Below the pieces are notes generated by a model. That model was not told the DNA's origin, did not search any database, and was given only the letters and a program-made list of their open reading frames with translations. Positions 35,376-45,528 of a stretch of 57,173 nucleotides of DNA are shown piece after piece. How positions within the stretch are numbered: position 1 is the first letter of the stretch; each line of letters opens with the position of its first letter. Location of the stretch: positions 1 to 57,173 of IMG/VR virus record IMGVR_UViG_3300038974_000259. One strand, given 5' to 3'. The position numbers were made by a program, and so were the translations under genes. This DNA comes from a virus (lineage: Duplodnaviria > Caudoviricetes).

Positions 35376-36035
35376 TCACTCTATTCTTCCTGTCGAAAAG
35401 TATTGCTACATATTAGAGCCCAATCTTCCATAGTTGTAATAATATACCGTATGATTTATATTAACATAATGCCTATCTGATAGCTTTTGAATTATCTCTT
35501 TCATAAATTCTACATCTTCATTTGGCTATATATTCTTAAATCTTGTTTCACCTATAATGTCCCTTCTGAATATATACTACCATAACATGGCATTATTCTA
35601 ACTTTGATTTCTTTCTTCAAATGGAAACCACTCTGAGTAGTCCCACTTGAATTTACCTAATGAATAATCGGGGTATTTTAACATAGACTATAGAGTTATT
35701 GCCAATGAATTGTTTCCAACTATCCAATCATCGCCGTCAAAAAAGATTATATAATCTCCGTGGGCATTGTCTAATCCAACATTTCTGGATTGCCCGGCGG
35801 ATGAGAAAGAAACAGTAAAAATGTGTATAGCCGCATAATCACAATCAAAAGGCAAGAATCGTTCTATTACTGATTTTGTGTTATCAGTGCAGTTATCGCA
35901 AACAAAAATTAGCTCTATTTTATAATTATGTAAATCCTATGAATTTAGAGAATCCAACATTTTAGAAATCCAATCTTCTAAATTATGACAGGGGATAATA
36001 ATAGATAAATCATATTTTACTAAGGTGTTATCCAT
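35376..36035 (-). CDS. Glycosyltransferase family 2 (code 15)
   Basis: LSIIIPCHN, SLNSQ(TAG), DNCTDNT and SRNVGLDNAHGDYIIFFDGDD; absent from the ORF track. Confidence 0.9.
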
Positions 36036-36793
36036 TCGTTAATATCTCCTTTCGATATAGAAAAAGGGTGATAGGTATTATGCCTATTTTCTACGTCGCA
36101 AAATTTACACGCCTCTATTGGAGTTGATAAAAATTCTTTTATCTCTTTTAGAGAATGGTCATGAACTGATATCGATACATCTTCTAAACTTGTCCATATT
36201 GGCTGCTTTAACTATTCTTTAAAATGCTCATTAAAGAAATGAATATTTCCCATTACGCAACAGGGGTAAAATCTTCCTCTCTGGAAGTAATACCACTTGT
36301 AATTGTGCATGTCACATCTGTTATATGAAGCTATATTATCCTATTTTCCATCTGGATCTAAACAAAGATTATACATTTCTTCTTTTTTTGTATAAAATCG
36401 GATATATTTGAATCCTTCAAGCCTTTCGGGCACGTTAAATAATCCATAATCGCTTATGCATATGTAAATTCCATACTTATTACAAACATCTAATATTTCA
36501 TCTTTTCTTTTCTTTAATAAAAGCCCATTTGTTACTAATTCAATCTTTGAAAATGGAAATAGTTCTCTTGCTTTAATTAAAAAGTCATTAACATTTGGAT
36601 GCATTAGCGGTTCTCCGCCCATTATTCGAAGATTGCCTACTCGTCCTTTTGTTAAAAGAGATAGTCTCTTAAAATCTATAGTAAATTCTTCTATAGTTTC
36701 AAACCAGTCATCACAAAAATTGCTAAAATGAGAGCATCCTTGGCATTTTAAATTACACTAATCTACGATATGATGTTCTAAATATTCCAGCAT
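36017..36793 (-). CDS. Radical SAM protein with Cys-rich C-terminal region (code 15)
   Basis: Q(TAG)CNLKCQGCSH (CxxxCxxC), GGEPLMHP, VTNG, YPCC and CKFC; ends TAG-TAA. Confidence 0.9.
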
Positions 36794-36824
36794 ATAAGCT
36801 CTCCTTTTTTCATATTATATTTAT

Positions 36825-36853
36825 ATTATATAATATTTTTTGATAAAAAACAA
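36825..36853 (-). promoter_or_regulatory. Sigma-A-like promoter
   Basis: TTGTTT-17-TATAAT. Confidence 0.6.
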
Positions 36854-36855
36854 AA

Positions 36856-36889
36856 AAGAGGGATTAGAATAAAAATTCTAATCCCTCTT
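36856..36889 (-). terminator. Intrinsic terminator
   Basis: AAGAGGGATTAGAAT/ATTCTAATCCCTCTT stem with U-tract. Confidence 0.85.
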
Positions 36890-36892
36890 AAA

Positions 36893-37240
36893 TTAAATTA
36901 TATAATCATCATCGTAAGAAGCTTCTTCTTCCTCTTCAGCTTGTATTTCATAATTCCTTAAGACAGTTTCGTATTTTATTCCACCAACAGTATTTTCTTC
37001 TTTTGACTTGTTATAATAGAAGCATTGACTTACGCCATAAGCAGCCCAAGGTAAACTAATCATTGCTGTTAACCAGGGTAGTGAACCGGTATAGTTCTTA
37101 AGGATGCATAAGGCAGCGAGACCTAAAAAAGATAAAGTCATAATCCAAATGAGCGCTGACTCCTGGATTAATAGGACTTTGCTAAATTCTTTTCTGTTTT
37201 TCTTATGAATTAACGAGAAAAGTTTTCTTTTTCTTCTCAT
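36893..37240 (-). CDS. Two-TM membrane protein, putative holin
   Basis: Basic N-terminus, two hydrophobic helices, directly after the lysin. Confidence 0.6.
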   Translation of the reverse strand: MRRKRKLFSLIHKKNRKEFSKVLLIQESALIWIMTLSFLGLAALCILKNYTGSLPWLTAMISLPWAAYGVSQCFYYNKSKEENTVGGIKYETVLRNYEIQAEEEEEASYDDDYII

Positions 37241-38523
37241 TTTTTTACTCCAAGAATTCTGTAAAGAACTGTGACAAATTCTTCACGAGTTAGGAATTTC
37301 TTATACATCTTACGACCTCTATCGTCACCTTGAATATATCCATTGTCTTCAGCCCACTTACGTGCGGCAGCAGACCAGTCAGCATTAGTAGCGCGATTAG
37401 CTTGTTGATCAAGCCAAGTTGCCATCATTTCATTAAATTTCTCTTGAGTCATTTCTTCTTCCTCCTCTTCTTCCTCCTGTGGAGGTTGTTCAATTTCGTA
37501 TCTTGGACGTCCATATCCTGCTATATAAGAGTCTGTTAAAAGATATTTTCTGCGCTCAACTTGATTATTTGAATTTCCTTCAATAGTGTAGACATATTTC
37601 TTATCAACATCCTCTACAATACCAGTATGTTCTTCGTCTCCTCTGGGACCGAAGAAAATCTGATCTCCAACAGCAGGGGAATTAAAGTAGCGGCCTGCGC
37701 TACGATAATATTGAGAAGAGTATGTACATCCTGCTCCAAGAGGCCCAGTCTAACATTCGAGATACTGAGCTTTTACGCTATCTTTTCCTGTAAGTTGATA
37801 GAAACACCAGTCTACAAAAACATCGCACCAAGCATAGCCATTCTTGTTGCCATTGTAGTATCCTGCGGCCGCCAGGTCTCTGGCGTATTTAGTCCAGTTC
37901 TTTGACCCGGCATTAGCTGTCTTACTATCAAGAGAAGAGTTTGAAGCTTTTTCTTTATATCCAAGTTCATTTCTCGCAATAGTAAGCAGCTTCTCAACGG
38001 TACATGCGCCAGTTATTACGAGCTCTTCAGCGCCGGCCGCATACTTATCGTAATACTCCTATCCATATGATGCTCTTCTCTATTGGACAGAAATACCTTG
38101 ATCAGCTGGTCTTTCAAAGTTTTTCAGAATATAATCTGAAACTTCTCTGATAGAATGGGACGTCTTTAAAATAGAATATCCTGATAATTCTGTGAGAAGA
38201 TACTCTAACTACATATTTAAATCTCCGATAGAGGTTCCTTTTGTTTTAGCATAGTTTAATAAACCTTGCTTTCTGGACCAATAAGTCCATTGAGCAAGCC
38301 CGTATCCAGCACTATCATTAACAAAGTTTTTATATGTTCCATTGTCAACTGCTAAAGTATATTCAACGTCATTCATACCAAATTTATTTTCATAGTAATT
38401 CTCTAAATTAGTAGGTACGAGAGCCGATTCCGCATAAAGATTTCCCATTAAACCTGCTACGCCTTCATCTGTATAACCTTGTTTCTTTAAAAAATCCCAA
38501 ATTTGTTTACTTATCTCGGCCAC
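37237..38523 (-). CDS. Modular peptidoglycan hydrolase: tail-lysozyme + CHAP + C-terminal SLH-like module (code 15)
   Basis: AGLMGNLYAES, GYGLAQWT and FERP; WCDVFV, HTGIV and TIEGN; LTREEFVTVLYR; 428 aa with 4 TAG. Confidence 0.9.
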
Positions 38524-38549
38524 ATTTTTTCCTCCTTCCTTAAAGCAAA

Positions 38550-38578
38550 AACTCATAGATATTGCTATCTATGAGTTT
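38550..38578 (-). terminator. Intrinsic terminator
   Basis: AAACTCATAGATA/TATCTATGAGTTT stem. Confidence 0.7.
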
Positions 38579-39830
38579 ACATAAAGTCCGCCAAGCTGGC
38601 TATTTCACTTCTGTGAATTTGCCGCAAAGCGACCTCTCCATATATTGAGTGATTTCTGAAAACTTTTGAGGCTCTTCTCATTCCATTATTAAAGCCATCA
38701 TAATCTACTAAATCTACTTGACTCTTGGTATCTCCATCTAAAATAAAAATACAATCTTCTCCAGCCCTCTATAAAGCGAGCTTTAATAATGGTATGTCTA
38801 AATTTTGAGCTTCTGAAATATATATACCAGCATTCATTCCAGAAGTATCATAACCTCTAATATCGCTCATAGGAAGTAAAAGAAGTTTTTCTTCGTTTAT
38901 AAGCTATTCAACAATAATCTTACTTCCTAATTTGCTTGCTAATAGGTTTCCAATTTGCGAATCGAGAAGTTTCTCGTCTCTGGTTCCTGGATAGAAACCT
39001 AATTTAGCAGAATTTTTTGTTGCTACAGTATTACAAAAGATTATAATTTTACTTATTTTTTCTTTATCTAAAAGGTAAAACAAGTATCCCAATGCCAAGT
39101 GTGTCTTTCCTGACCCCGATGGACCTCTTAACATTGTTATTTTATTATTCATTAGACTATCAGCCGCCATAGCCTAATAAACATCATTTTTATAAGGCTT
39201 AATATCTCCTAATTGTTTAGAAGAAAAGACTTTATATTTTAATGGTCTAAATTTCTCTCCTGTCCAACATAGAGTGTCTACGCACTAATTTGTTTGAGCG
39301 GCGTAAATATTTACATATTCGTTAATATTTAGTCGTTCGCCATAATTATTTGGAAAAGAATAAAAATCTGCCATTTCTGTATCATTCAAATATAAATCTG
39401 TGTAGCCTGTATATTTATCTTTAAACTAAATACTCGCAACTTTTGAACCAAAGAATGTTTCAGCTATTTTTTTCAAAGATAAGTCATTTGTATAGAAGTA
39501 TACATCTTCTTCGGGATGCTCTGAATAATAATAATAAGCTGTAATTAAAATCTTACTATCATTATTATCTTCTAAACAGAATTTACTTAATAATTTATCA
39601 AAAGAAGGTTTATACATAATCCAAGTATATTTATTTGGATTACTGTCTAATCGCTATAATAATTGACGAGCCTAATATTTTACACTAATATCTTTATAGG
39701 GAGAAGTCTTGATATTCTCTAATTCCTTTAGAGTAATATTAGTGATAACAATTTTTTCTTCCGGTTGGAATAATTCATCGTCTGATAAAACTAATAAACT
39801 GCTCGTATCATATATTTTAGTCATCTTCAT
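38577..39830 (-). CDS. phoH: PIN-PhoH protein (code 15)
   Basis: PIN motifs YDTSSL, NNDSKIL and TNDL; GPSGSGKT, LGFYPG, IRG, SEAQN and DGD..SQVD. Confidence 0.9.
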
Positions 39831-40083
39831 AATAGTCGTCGCCGTCCTCTTGTTCTGGAATTACGAATCCAATAGCTCGAGCTGAAGAAGAACCTCCTTC
39901 GCCAAGTTCTTCTTTAAGTTTAGAGATATGAACTGTTGATTCTGTCGTTTTTTCAACAAGTTGAATTTTTATAGTTTCAACCCATTGACACAGTAAACTT
40001 AAAAAGCTGTCAACCAAAGGAACGACCCACTAACAAAAAGCTACGCCAAGTAAAAAGATTATTAAAATATTTATAAGTGTCAC
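39817..40083 (-). CDS. Small membrane protein (code 15)
   Basis: GTG start after AGGG, hydrophobic N-terminus, one TAG, C-terminal AIGF. Confidence 0.6.
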
Positions 40084-40101
40084 CCCTTTTTATTCTAAGG
40101 T

Positions 40102-40148
40102 TCATATAATTATGAAAAAATAAAAAGGAATATTATTTAGATTCGGCC
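40102..40148 (-). promoter_or_regulatory. Putative phage-specific promoter for the phoH-lysin region
   Basis: GGCCGAA-N27-CATAATTATATGAA. Confidence 0.5.
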
Positions 40149-40564
40149 TTTCTAATACTTCTTATCCTTTTATATAATTTTGCTTTATCAGATAAATAAT
40201 TTTTTAGATATTCCTTTTCCTGTCGAATTAAATCTGATACTGTGATAATATCATCTTCGCGCATTATAATTTGACGATTTAACATCCTTGCCATATAGCT
40301 TTTTTTATCATACTACTTACTTTGGCATACTGAATAATAATACTTTTTTAGACCACTTAATTCAGCTTTTAAAGTTTCTTTATAGTCAAGTAAAGAATTT
40401 AAGACAGCTCTATGATAAGCAATTTCACATCCAGTTTTTTCACTCATCATATCGCGGTCATCGTCAGCACATTGCGCAGTGCCTATATATGTTTTTGTTT
40501 TAGACTCAAGAATACAAATTGAAGAGCCTGTTTCTGAATCAAAACAAAATGAAGGTTTAGACAT
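40133..40564 (-). CDS. Hypothetical protein (code 15)
   Basis: 143 aa after reading through TAG 40313. Confidence 0.7.
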
Positions 40565-40596
40565 TTTATAAAATCCTTTCTATAATTTATACTGTA

Positions 40597-40625
40597 ATTA
40601 TATAATATTTTTTTAGATAAAGCAA
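40597..40625 (-). promoter_or_regulatory. Sigma-A-like promoter
   Basis: TTGCTT-17-TATAAT. Confidence 0.65.
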
Positions 40626-40656
40626 AAGAAAGAGAGTAATTATACTCTCTTTCTTT
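40626..40656 (-). terminator. Intrinsic terminator
   Basis: AAGAAAGAGAGTA/TACTCTCTTTCTT stem. Confidence 0.7.
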
Positions 40657-40921
40657 AATATTCGCTTCCGCAGTATTCACATTTATTATTATGAAGTGGT
40701 GCACCGCAATTTTTACAGTTTATTACTTTTACCCTTGCTTTTTCTTTTTTGATATACTCTTTTTTTACTATATTATATCCTATATTAATGAAAGAATTGC
40801 CATCATATATATAACAACCTTCTTTACAATAATAAAGATTTCCTATCTATGGTGATAGTATATAGGATAAGTCATCAACGCTCGCTACGAAGCTAATTGT
40901 TGGAGTCAAAGCAACCTACAA
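40655..40921 (-). CDS. Small zinc-ribbon protein (code 15; start uncertain)
   Basis: C-terminal NCKNCGAPLHNNKCEYCGSEY; GGAGG upstream of TTG; contains TAG. Confidence 0.6.
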
Positions 40922-41436
40922 CAGTCTTGAGCCTCCTCATGCACGTTAACCGCAGTTAAAATCTCTTCATTGGCACGACCTTTTAATTTTTCTATATCAT
41001 TTAGAACGTGATTATAATATCGTATTGTGCTTATCTTTTGGTTTTCTACAAGTTCTTTCTCCTTTTGAATATCAGTCTGTTTATTCTTTTTATTTACAAA
41101 ATGTAGATATTTTAAGAAACTGGAGAAAGAGCTAAAAACTATGTTAATTCTTTCAGCTGCTTCAGCGTCATGTTGATATGTTAGATATCCGCACGAGCGG
41201 TGTGCATCAAATAATCCTATTTTCTATGTTTGCCCGTCCCGATATGCTTCTGGATTGAGATAATAATAGGATTCGAATTGTTCAAAAGAAATCACGGCAC
41301 AGTCTTCTATATCTTTACTTACTTTGTACGTGCCATATTTAGACGCAAGAGAGTCATCATAAAGCACTTCAAAAACGATTATTAAACCAACAATAGCAAT
41401 AAGAGCTACCACAATAGGAAAAATAATTGCGAGCAA
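40906..41436 (-). CDS. Membrane-anchored hypothetical protein (code 15)
   Basis: N-terminal TM; open for 176 aa through one TAG. Confidence 0.7.
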
Positions 41437-41538
41437 AATATATCTCCTTCTTTCTTTTATATTATGACAAAGATAGTTTTTAATAGGTTAAAATATGTAG
41501 CCTTTGGCACATATCTACCATTCCAATGGGAAAATTTA

Positions 41539-41781
41539 TCATCCGTAATAGCCCCCATCGGGCGGGTCACTCTTGTATGACCATCCAAGAGGACAGCGGT
41601 ATCTGGATATAACATCATAGTTTGGGAAAATATAAACAGGCGTCGGTCCTTGGCACATATAAGGAATAAAACCGTAATGCACACATTTATCACATTTTTG
41701 TCTAACGTATTCCTCTCTGTTGGCCGATTTTATTTCATCTTGCTTTACTTTTACTTTTAGTTTATATCTTCTCATTAGCAT
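41539..41781 (-). CDS. Hypothetical Cys-containing protein
   Basis: 80-aa ORF with CDKC...C...C. Confidence 0.55.
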   Translation of the reverse strand: MLMRRYKLKVKVKQDEIKSANREEYVRQKCDKCVHYGFIPYMCQGPTPVYIFPNYDVISRYRCPLGWSYKSDPPDGGYYG

Positions 41782-41808
41782 TCACTCCCATCGAATTCGC
41801 GTTTCTTA

Positions 41809-42366
41809 TTAAAGAAAGTCGTAGCATTCGTCAATCTTTTCTTTCATCTGTTCAATAATTGCGTCTAAATCTACAGGATAACAATTATGAGCATCGACTG
41901 CAACATTATACATATATGGCATATCCATATAGAATAAATCCTTTGAGTGAGTGTGCCCAAATAAGTTTAAAGTCATCTGTGAAAGGGATTCTTTTTCCAG
42001 ATTACCAGTAAGAGTTGGAAAATGAGAGAGATAAAAGTGATATTTTCCGTATTTTAGATAGATTGCGGCCGCCTGTTCTACGACGTTATGAAGCTGGCTG
42101 TAAGCTTCCCAGCGTCTATCTGTATCATGATTACCTCGAACCAGATGAATGTTGCCAGGTAATTCAGATAAAAGAAGCATTCCTGCTTCTAAATCTTGTC
42201 CCAGCATTATATCACCAAGGATATAGAGATGATCGCTGGGCTCCACACAATAATTGAAACGCTCAATGATAGCGTTATTCATTTCTTCTATAGAATTAAA
42301 ACCTCTCGGCTTATAGATAAATTCTCTGTTATGATTAAAATGAAGGTCGCTCGTTATCCAATTCAT
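41809..42366 (-). CDS. Calcineurin-like metallophosphoesterase
   Basis: SDLHFNH, LGD, RGNHD and GHTH. Confidence 0.92.
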   Translation of the reverse strand: MNWITSDLHFNHNREFIYKPRGFNSIEEMNNAIIERFNYCVEPSDHLYILGDIMLGQDLEAGMLLLSELPGNIHLVRGNHDTDRRWEAYSQLHNVVEQAAAIYLKYGKYHFYLSHFPTLTGNLEKESLSQMTLNLFGHTHSKDLFYMDMPYMYNVAVDAHNCYPVDLDAIIEQMKEKIDECYDFL

Positions 42367-42372
42367 TTTTTA

Positions 42373-42843
42373 TCACCACACCTTAAAAATTTGATTGTAG
42401 TTGAAGGAGTCCTCTTCTGGATTGGTCTTACTGAAAAACATTCTGCGAATCACGCCATTTGGTACGAAAGCTCGACCTTCTCTTTGAGCATTTCTTTCGA
42501 GGCACTCTTCGAGAGGAATATCAAACTGAACCACATTAACCTTACATTCTTTTGGAAGTTTAAGATGGTTCAGAAGATTAAGGCGAGATTTTTCATTAAG
42601 ATGGGTAGCGTCCGCAATAACATCAGTAATATTATTGTTATCCAACCCATCTTGAATATTCTTCCAAAAGAGTTTGGTCACTTCTTTTTCATGGGCGAAA
42701 TAGTCTTCTCCCTCCTTAAGGAGGGAGAAGCGAATTTCATCGCGCGATACATATGCCGGAGATTCACAAGAAGGGACTTTTGTATGCTTTGCCCAGTAAG
42801 TTTTTCCGCTGCCAGGGACTCCGCAAAGAATCCAAAGAGTCAT
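42373..42843 (-). CDS. Polynucleotide kinase-like P-loop kinase (AAA_33)
   Basis: GVPGSGKT, SRDEIR, DATHL and ERNAQR. Confidence 0.88.
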   Translation of the reverse strand: MTLWILCGVPGSGKTYWAKHTKVPSCESPAYVSRDEIRFSLLKEGEDYFAHEKEVTKLFWKNIQDGLDNNNITDVIADATHLNEKSRLNLLNHLKLPKECKVNVVQFDIPLEECLERNAQREGRAFVPNGVIRRMFFSKTNPEEDSFNYNQIFKVW

Positions 42844-42849
42844 TTTTTA

Positions 42850-42975
42850 TTAGTTCCTTTCGAGAGTTCTGTAAATTCTCTGCCACTTCTTGATAATTTT
42901 CGCATTTTCTACGGGCTTATTGGAGAGTTTTGCTATGCGATTCTCAATACTCTCCTTTGTTCTGTTAATAATCAA
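42850..42975 (-). CDS. Small basic hypothetical protein
   Basis: 41-aa TTG-start ORF after AGGAG. Confidence 0.45.
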   Translation of the reverse strand: MIINRTKESIENRIAKLSNKPVENAKIIKKWQRIYRTLERN

Positions 42976-43249
42976 AATAATCCGTCTCCTTGTCAAGATG
43001 AGCAGTGGCCTTATATACCATGCTCTTTTTCAGTCTGGACTGAGCCTTCTGAACAACACCCATATCTACGAGGTAGTTCAACTCTCTTGCCATCTTTTGT
43101 GTCGTGAGAGAATTGAGGATCATGTCCTGAGCCTGCATCTCTTTCATTGACATCGACTCCTGATTGTTGTTAAGGACATCTATGAGGCGAGAACGAATCT
43201 CGCCATTTTTTTCGCTGGAGTATTTTGAAGATTTACGATAACCAGGCAT
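42965..43249 (-). CDS. Winged-helix-like DNA-binding protein
   Basis: TTQKMARELNYLVDMGVVQK. Confidence 0.65.
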   Translation of the reverse strand: MPGYRKSSKYSSEKNGEIRSRLIDVLNNNQESMSMKEMQAQDMILNSLTTQKMARELNYLVDMGVVQKAQSRLKKSMVYKATAHLDKETDYFDY

Positions 43250-43504
43250 TTAATTCTCTCCTTTACAAATTGCTATTGATTCTTTTGCTTCTTCGAGATA
43301 AACCCCATTGGAGAAATCCTCTTTGAACTTTCTTTCTTCTTCAAGGTTTCTTACTTCAATGTGATTAACCTCCTGTCCACACCAAGGACAAAACATTTTC
43401 TTTCTGTGGAATGACTTATGCTGAAAACCGAGTTTTCTCCGTAGAGGAATACCCTCTTTGCCACAATTAAGGCAATAAAACTTATGCTCTTCACATTTTG
43501 CCAT
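43250..43504 (-). CDS. Zinc-ribbon protein
   Basis: CLNCG...CPWC...H. Confidence 0.7.
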   Translation of the reverse strand: MAKCEEHKFYCLNCGKEGIPLRRKLGFQHKSFHRKKMFCPWCGQEVNHIEVRNLEEERKFKEDFSNGVYLEEAKESIAICKGEN

Positions 43505-43508
43505 TATA

Positions 43509-43724
43509 TCACCTATCCTTATTAAGAATTTCTGATGAAATATTAAAGGGAAGAATTAAATGAACTAACCAAATAATTCCATACATCTGTAGAGCAGTTA
43601 AATGAGGAAATCCAAACACAGATACCGCTACTGAATTCCAAATCCAAGAGGCGATAACTGCTATGGGGAGTAGAATAGCTGCGATGATTACTATTACCCA
43701 AAGAAGCGCAAGCAGTTTTAACAT
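43509..43724 (-). CDS. Small membrane protein
   Basis: Two hydrophobic segments. Confidence 0.7.
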   Translation of the reverse strand: MLKLLALLWVIVIIAAILLPIAVIASWIWNSVAVSVFGFPHLTALQMYGIIWLVHLILPFNISSEILNKDR

Positions 43725-43756
43725 ACTTATATAATCCTTTCCTACTTTATATTATA

Positions 43757-43811
43757 ATTATAACATAAAAATAAATAAAAATCAAAAAAGCCCCTATTAA
43801 CAGGGGCTTTT
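43757..43811 (-). promoter_or_regulatory. Terminator hairpin followed by a sigma-A-like promoter
   Basis: AAAAGCCCCT/AGGGGCTTTT hairpin; TTGATT-17-TATAAT at 43785..43757. Confidence 0.7.
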
Positions 43812-43821
43812 AAAACAGAAT

Positions 43822-44115
43822 TTACCTGCGGCCGCAGGTGCAGTCGGAGGACTTGTAAAGCATACATTTTTCTTCAATGCAAGGTTGAAATTCTTCTTCC
43901 ATAAATTCCGCCCTTTCAGCAACTATACTCCATGAGTGTTTTTCATTACCTGCCATAAAATATGTCTTTTTCCGGAAAGGGCAGAGTTTTGGAGTTTTTT
44001 CAATATATTGAGGAACTTTTTTTATAGCTTCACAAAAACGCTTCAGGTTTTCAGAGAGTGTATTAAGCTCTGGATCCTCTTGGAAGGTTGGTTTATTTGG
44101 ATACTCGTAGTCCAT
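43822..44115 (-). CDS. Hypothetical protein
   Basis: 97-aa ORF coupled to the RNA ligase. Confidence 0.65.
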   Translation of the reverse strand: MDYEYPNKPTFQEDPELNTLSENLKRFCEAIKKVPQYIEKTPKLCPFRKKTYFMAGNEKHSWSIVAERAEFMEEEFQPCIEEKCMLYKSSDCTCGRR

Positions 44116-45524
44116 TAAACTTCCTCCTGGATATCCTGCGCCTCTTCCATATCTGGTTCAGCAGCCAAATCTTTAGCTATACCTTCCAGAACCTTGAAGT
44201 TAAAGTTTTTGTGCTTATAAGCACAGAATTTTGGACGATTGACAATGCGGATTACAACACCCTCGCGGACATGAGTCTTACCAATAGGGTCTGGACCGTC
44301 ATAGAACTGTTCTGCGATATTTTTGATATATTCTCCAGCAGATACCTCATAGCCTACTGTCATAGTCATATCCTCCATATCGCTACCATTGATATAATCC
44401 TGCCATAGAACAGGAACGCACTTCGCCCCCATTTGCTCGCAACGATAACGCATAAAGTCAGGAGTGTACTCCACAACATCGCCATCTTCGTTAGTCATGG
44501 TCATACGATAGACGTAGAAGTCAGATTGCGGAACTTCAACAGGAAGCTCAAAAGCTCCTATATCATCTATTCCATACTTAACAGCGCATCCATCTGGGTC
44601 GCAACCATAAGAGAAAATAGTAGTCTTGCCGTACTGCTTGGTAAATTCCTTATCTGAAATCTTGCTATTCGCTACAGAAGGCATGATAGGAGTGCCGTTT
44701 GTAGTGAATCCAACAATTTCATAATATACGGTTTCACCCTTGTTTAGCTTGCCTTCGAAGAACAGAGCATGCTGCTTACGGAATTCATTGGAACCGTAGA
44801 AGCCGCCCTCCTCGAAGTTATTGAGAACAACGCGACGAGTTCCAGATACGTAGCCCCAATCATAAATAGGAGTTCCTTCACGCCGCAGGATTCTATCCAG
44901 AAGAGTGCGCTTATATTTTTGAAGCTTCGGTAGATAACCAGTGCGGCCAGAGGTACCATGCATTTTAAGGGTAATCTCAATAAGATCTCCAGGGCGGAAA
45001 GCTTCGAGATTATAAGCAAGCTGTTCAGTATCAGCATGTTCCGCAAACAGTGGCGCTATAGGAACTCTCTTCTTTCGAGTACGATTTCCATCGCTGACAT
45101 GTCCGCGGCGGACATCAACTCTGGGGATATACTTCCGGCAGATTTCATGTCCGTTAACAATTTCAATTTTATCTCCGACTTCAAACTTTGTTTCGCCGGT
45201 ATACTTGAGAGATTCCAGAGGCATAAATAGTCCTTCGGATTTCTCGCCTCGGAGCTTCATCGCGCGGATATTTCGTTTGTCAGGGTCAAGATAACCGCCA
45301 ATATTATTGCCATTTTCGTCCTTTTTACGAACGAGATTATTTTCAGCGCAATATTCTTCGCTTAGCTGGAGGTCTATGGGAAAATAAATTCCCAAATCAT
45401 CAATTTGAGTATTTAAGCCTACGATAACAGAAGCTCCAAAGATTACCGCGATTTGGAGTCTGTCAGCGTTATTATGAGGATGTAGTTCTTTTATTTGAAC
45501 TACATAGCCGCAATGTTCAGACAT
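44115..45524 (-). CDS. RNA ligase (Rnl2/DRB0094-like) with N-terminal OB-like domain
   Basis: HNNADRL N-terminus; TLKMHGT (motif I), YYEIVG, REGVV and YKHK. Confidence 0.85.
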   Translation of the reverse strand: MSEHCGYVVQIKELHPHNNADRLQIAVIFGASVIVGLNTQIDDLGIYFPIDLQLSEEYCAENNLVRKKDENGNNIGGYLDPDKRNIRAMKLRGEKSEGLFMPLESLKYTGETKFEVGDKIEIVNGHEICRKYIPRVDVRRGHVSDGNRTRKKRVPIAPLFAEHADTEQLAYNLEAFRPGDLIEITLKMHGTSGRTGYLPKLQKYKRTLLDRILRREGTPIYDWGYVSGTRRVVLNNFEEGGFYGSNEFRKQHALFFEGKLNKGETVYYEIVGFTTNGTPIMPSVANSKISDKEFTKQYGKTTIFSYGCDPDGCAVKYGIDDIGAFELPVEVPQSDFYVYRMTMTNEDGDVVEYTPDFMRYRCEQMGAKCVPVLWQDYINGSDMEDMTMTVGYEVSAGEYIKNIAEQFYDGPDPIGKTHVREGVVIRIVNRPKFCAYKHKNFNFKVLEGIAKDLAAEPDMEEAQDIQEEV

Positions 45525-45528
45525 ATAA

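Noticed and set aside
37812-37997. 61-aa ORF inside the lysin region
   Set aside because: Off-frame overlap of the CHAP domain coding sequence
3203-40564. Apparent mass pseudogenisation or split genes (nrdD, recJ, dnaG, dnaB, phoH and others)
   Set aside because: All breaks are in-frame TAG with no frameshifts; recoding explains them
42196-43107. 303-aa plus-strand ORF
   Set aside because: Antisense to well-supported phosphoesterase, kinase and HTH genes; no motif or RBS
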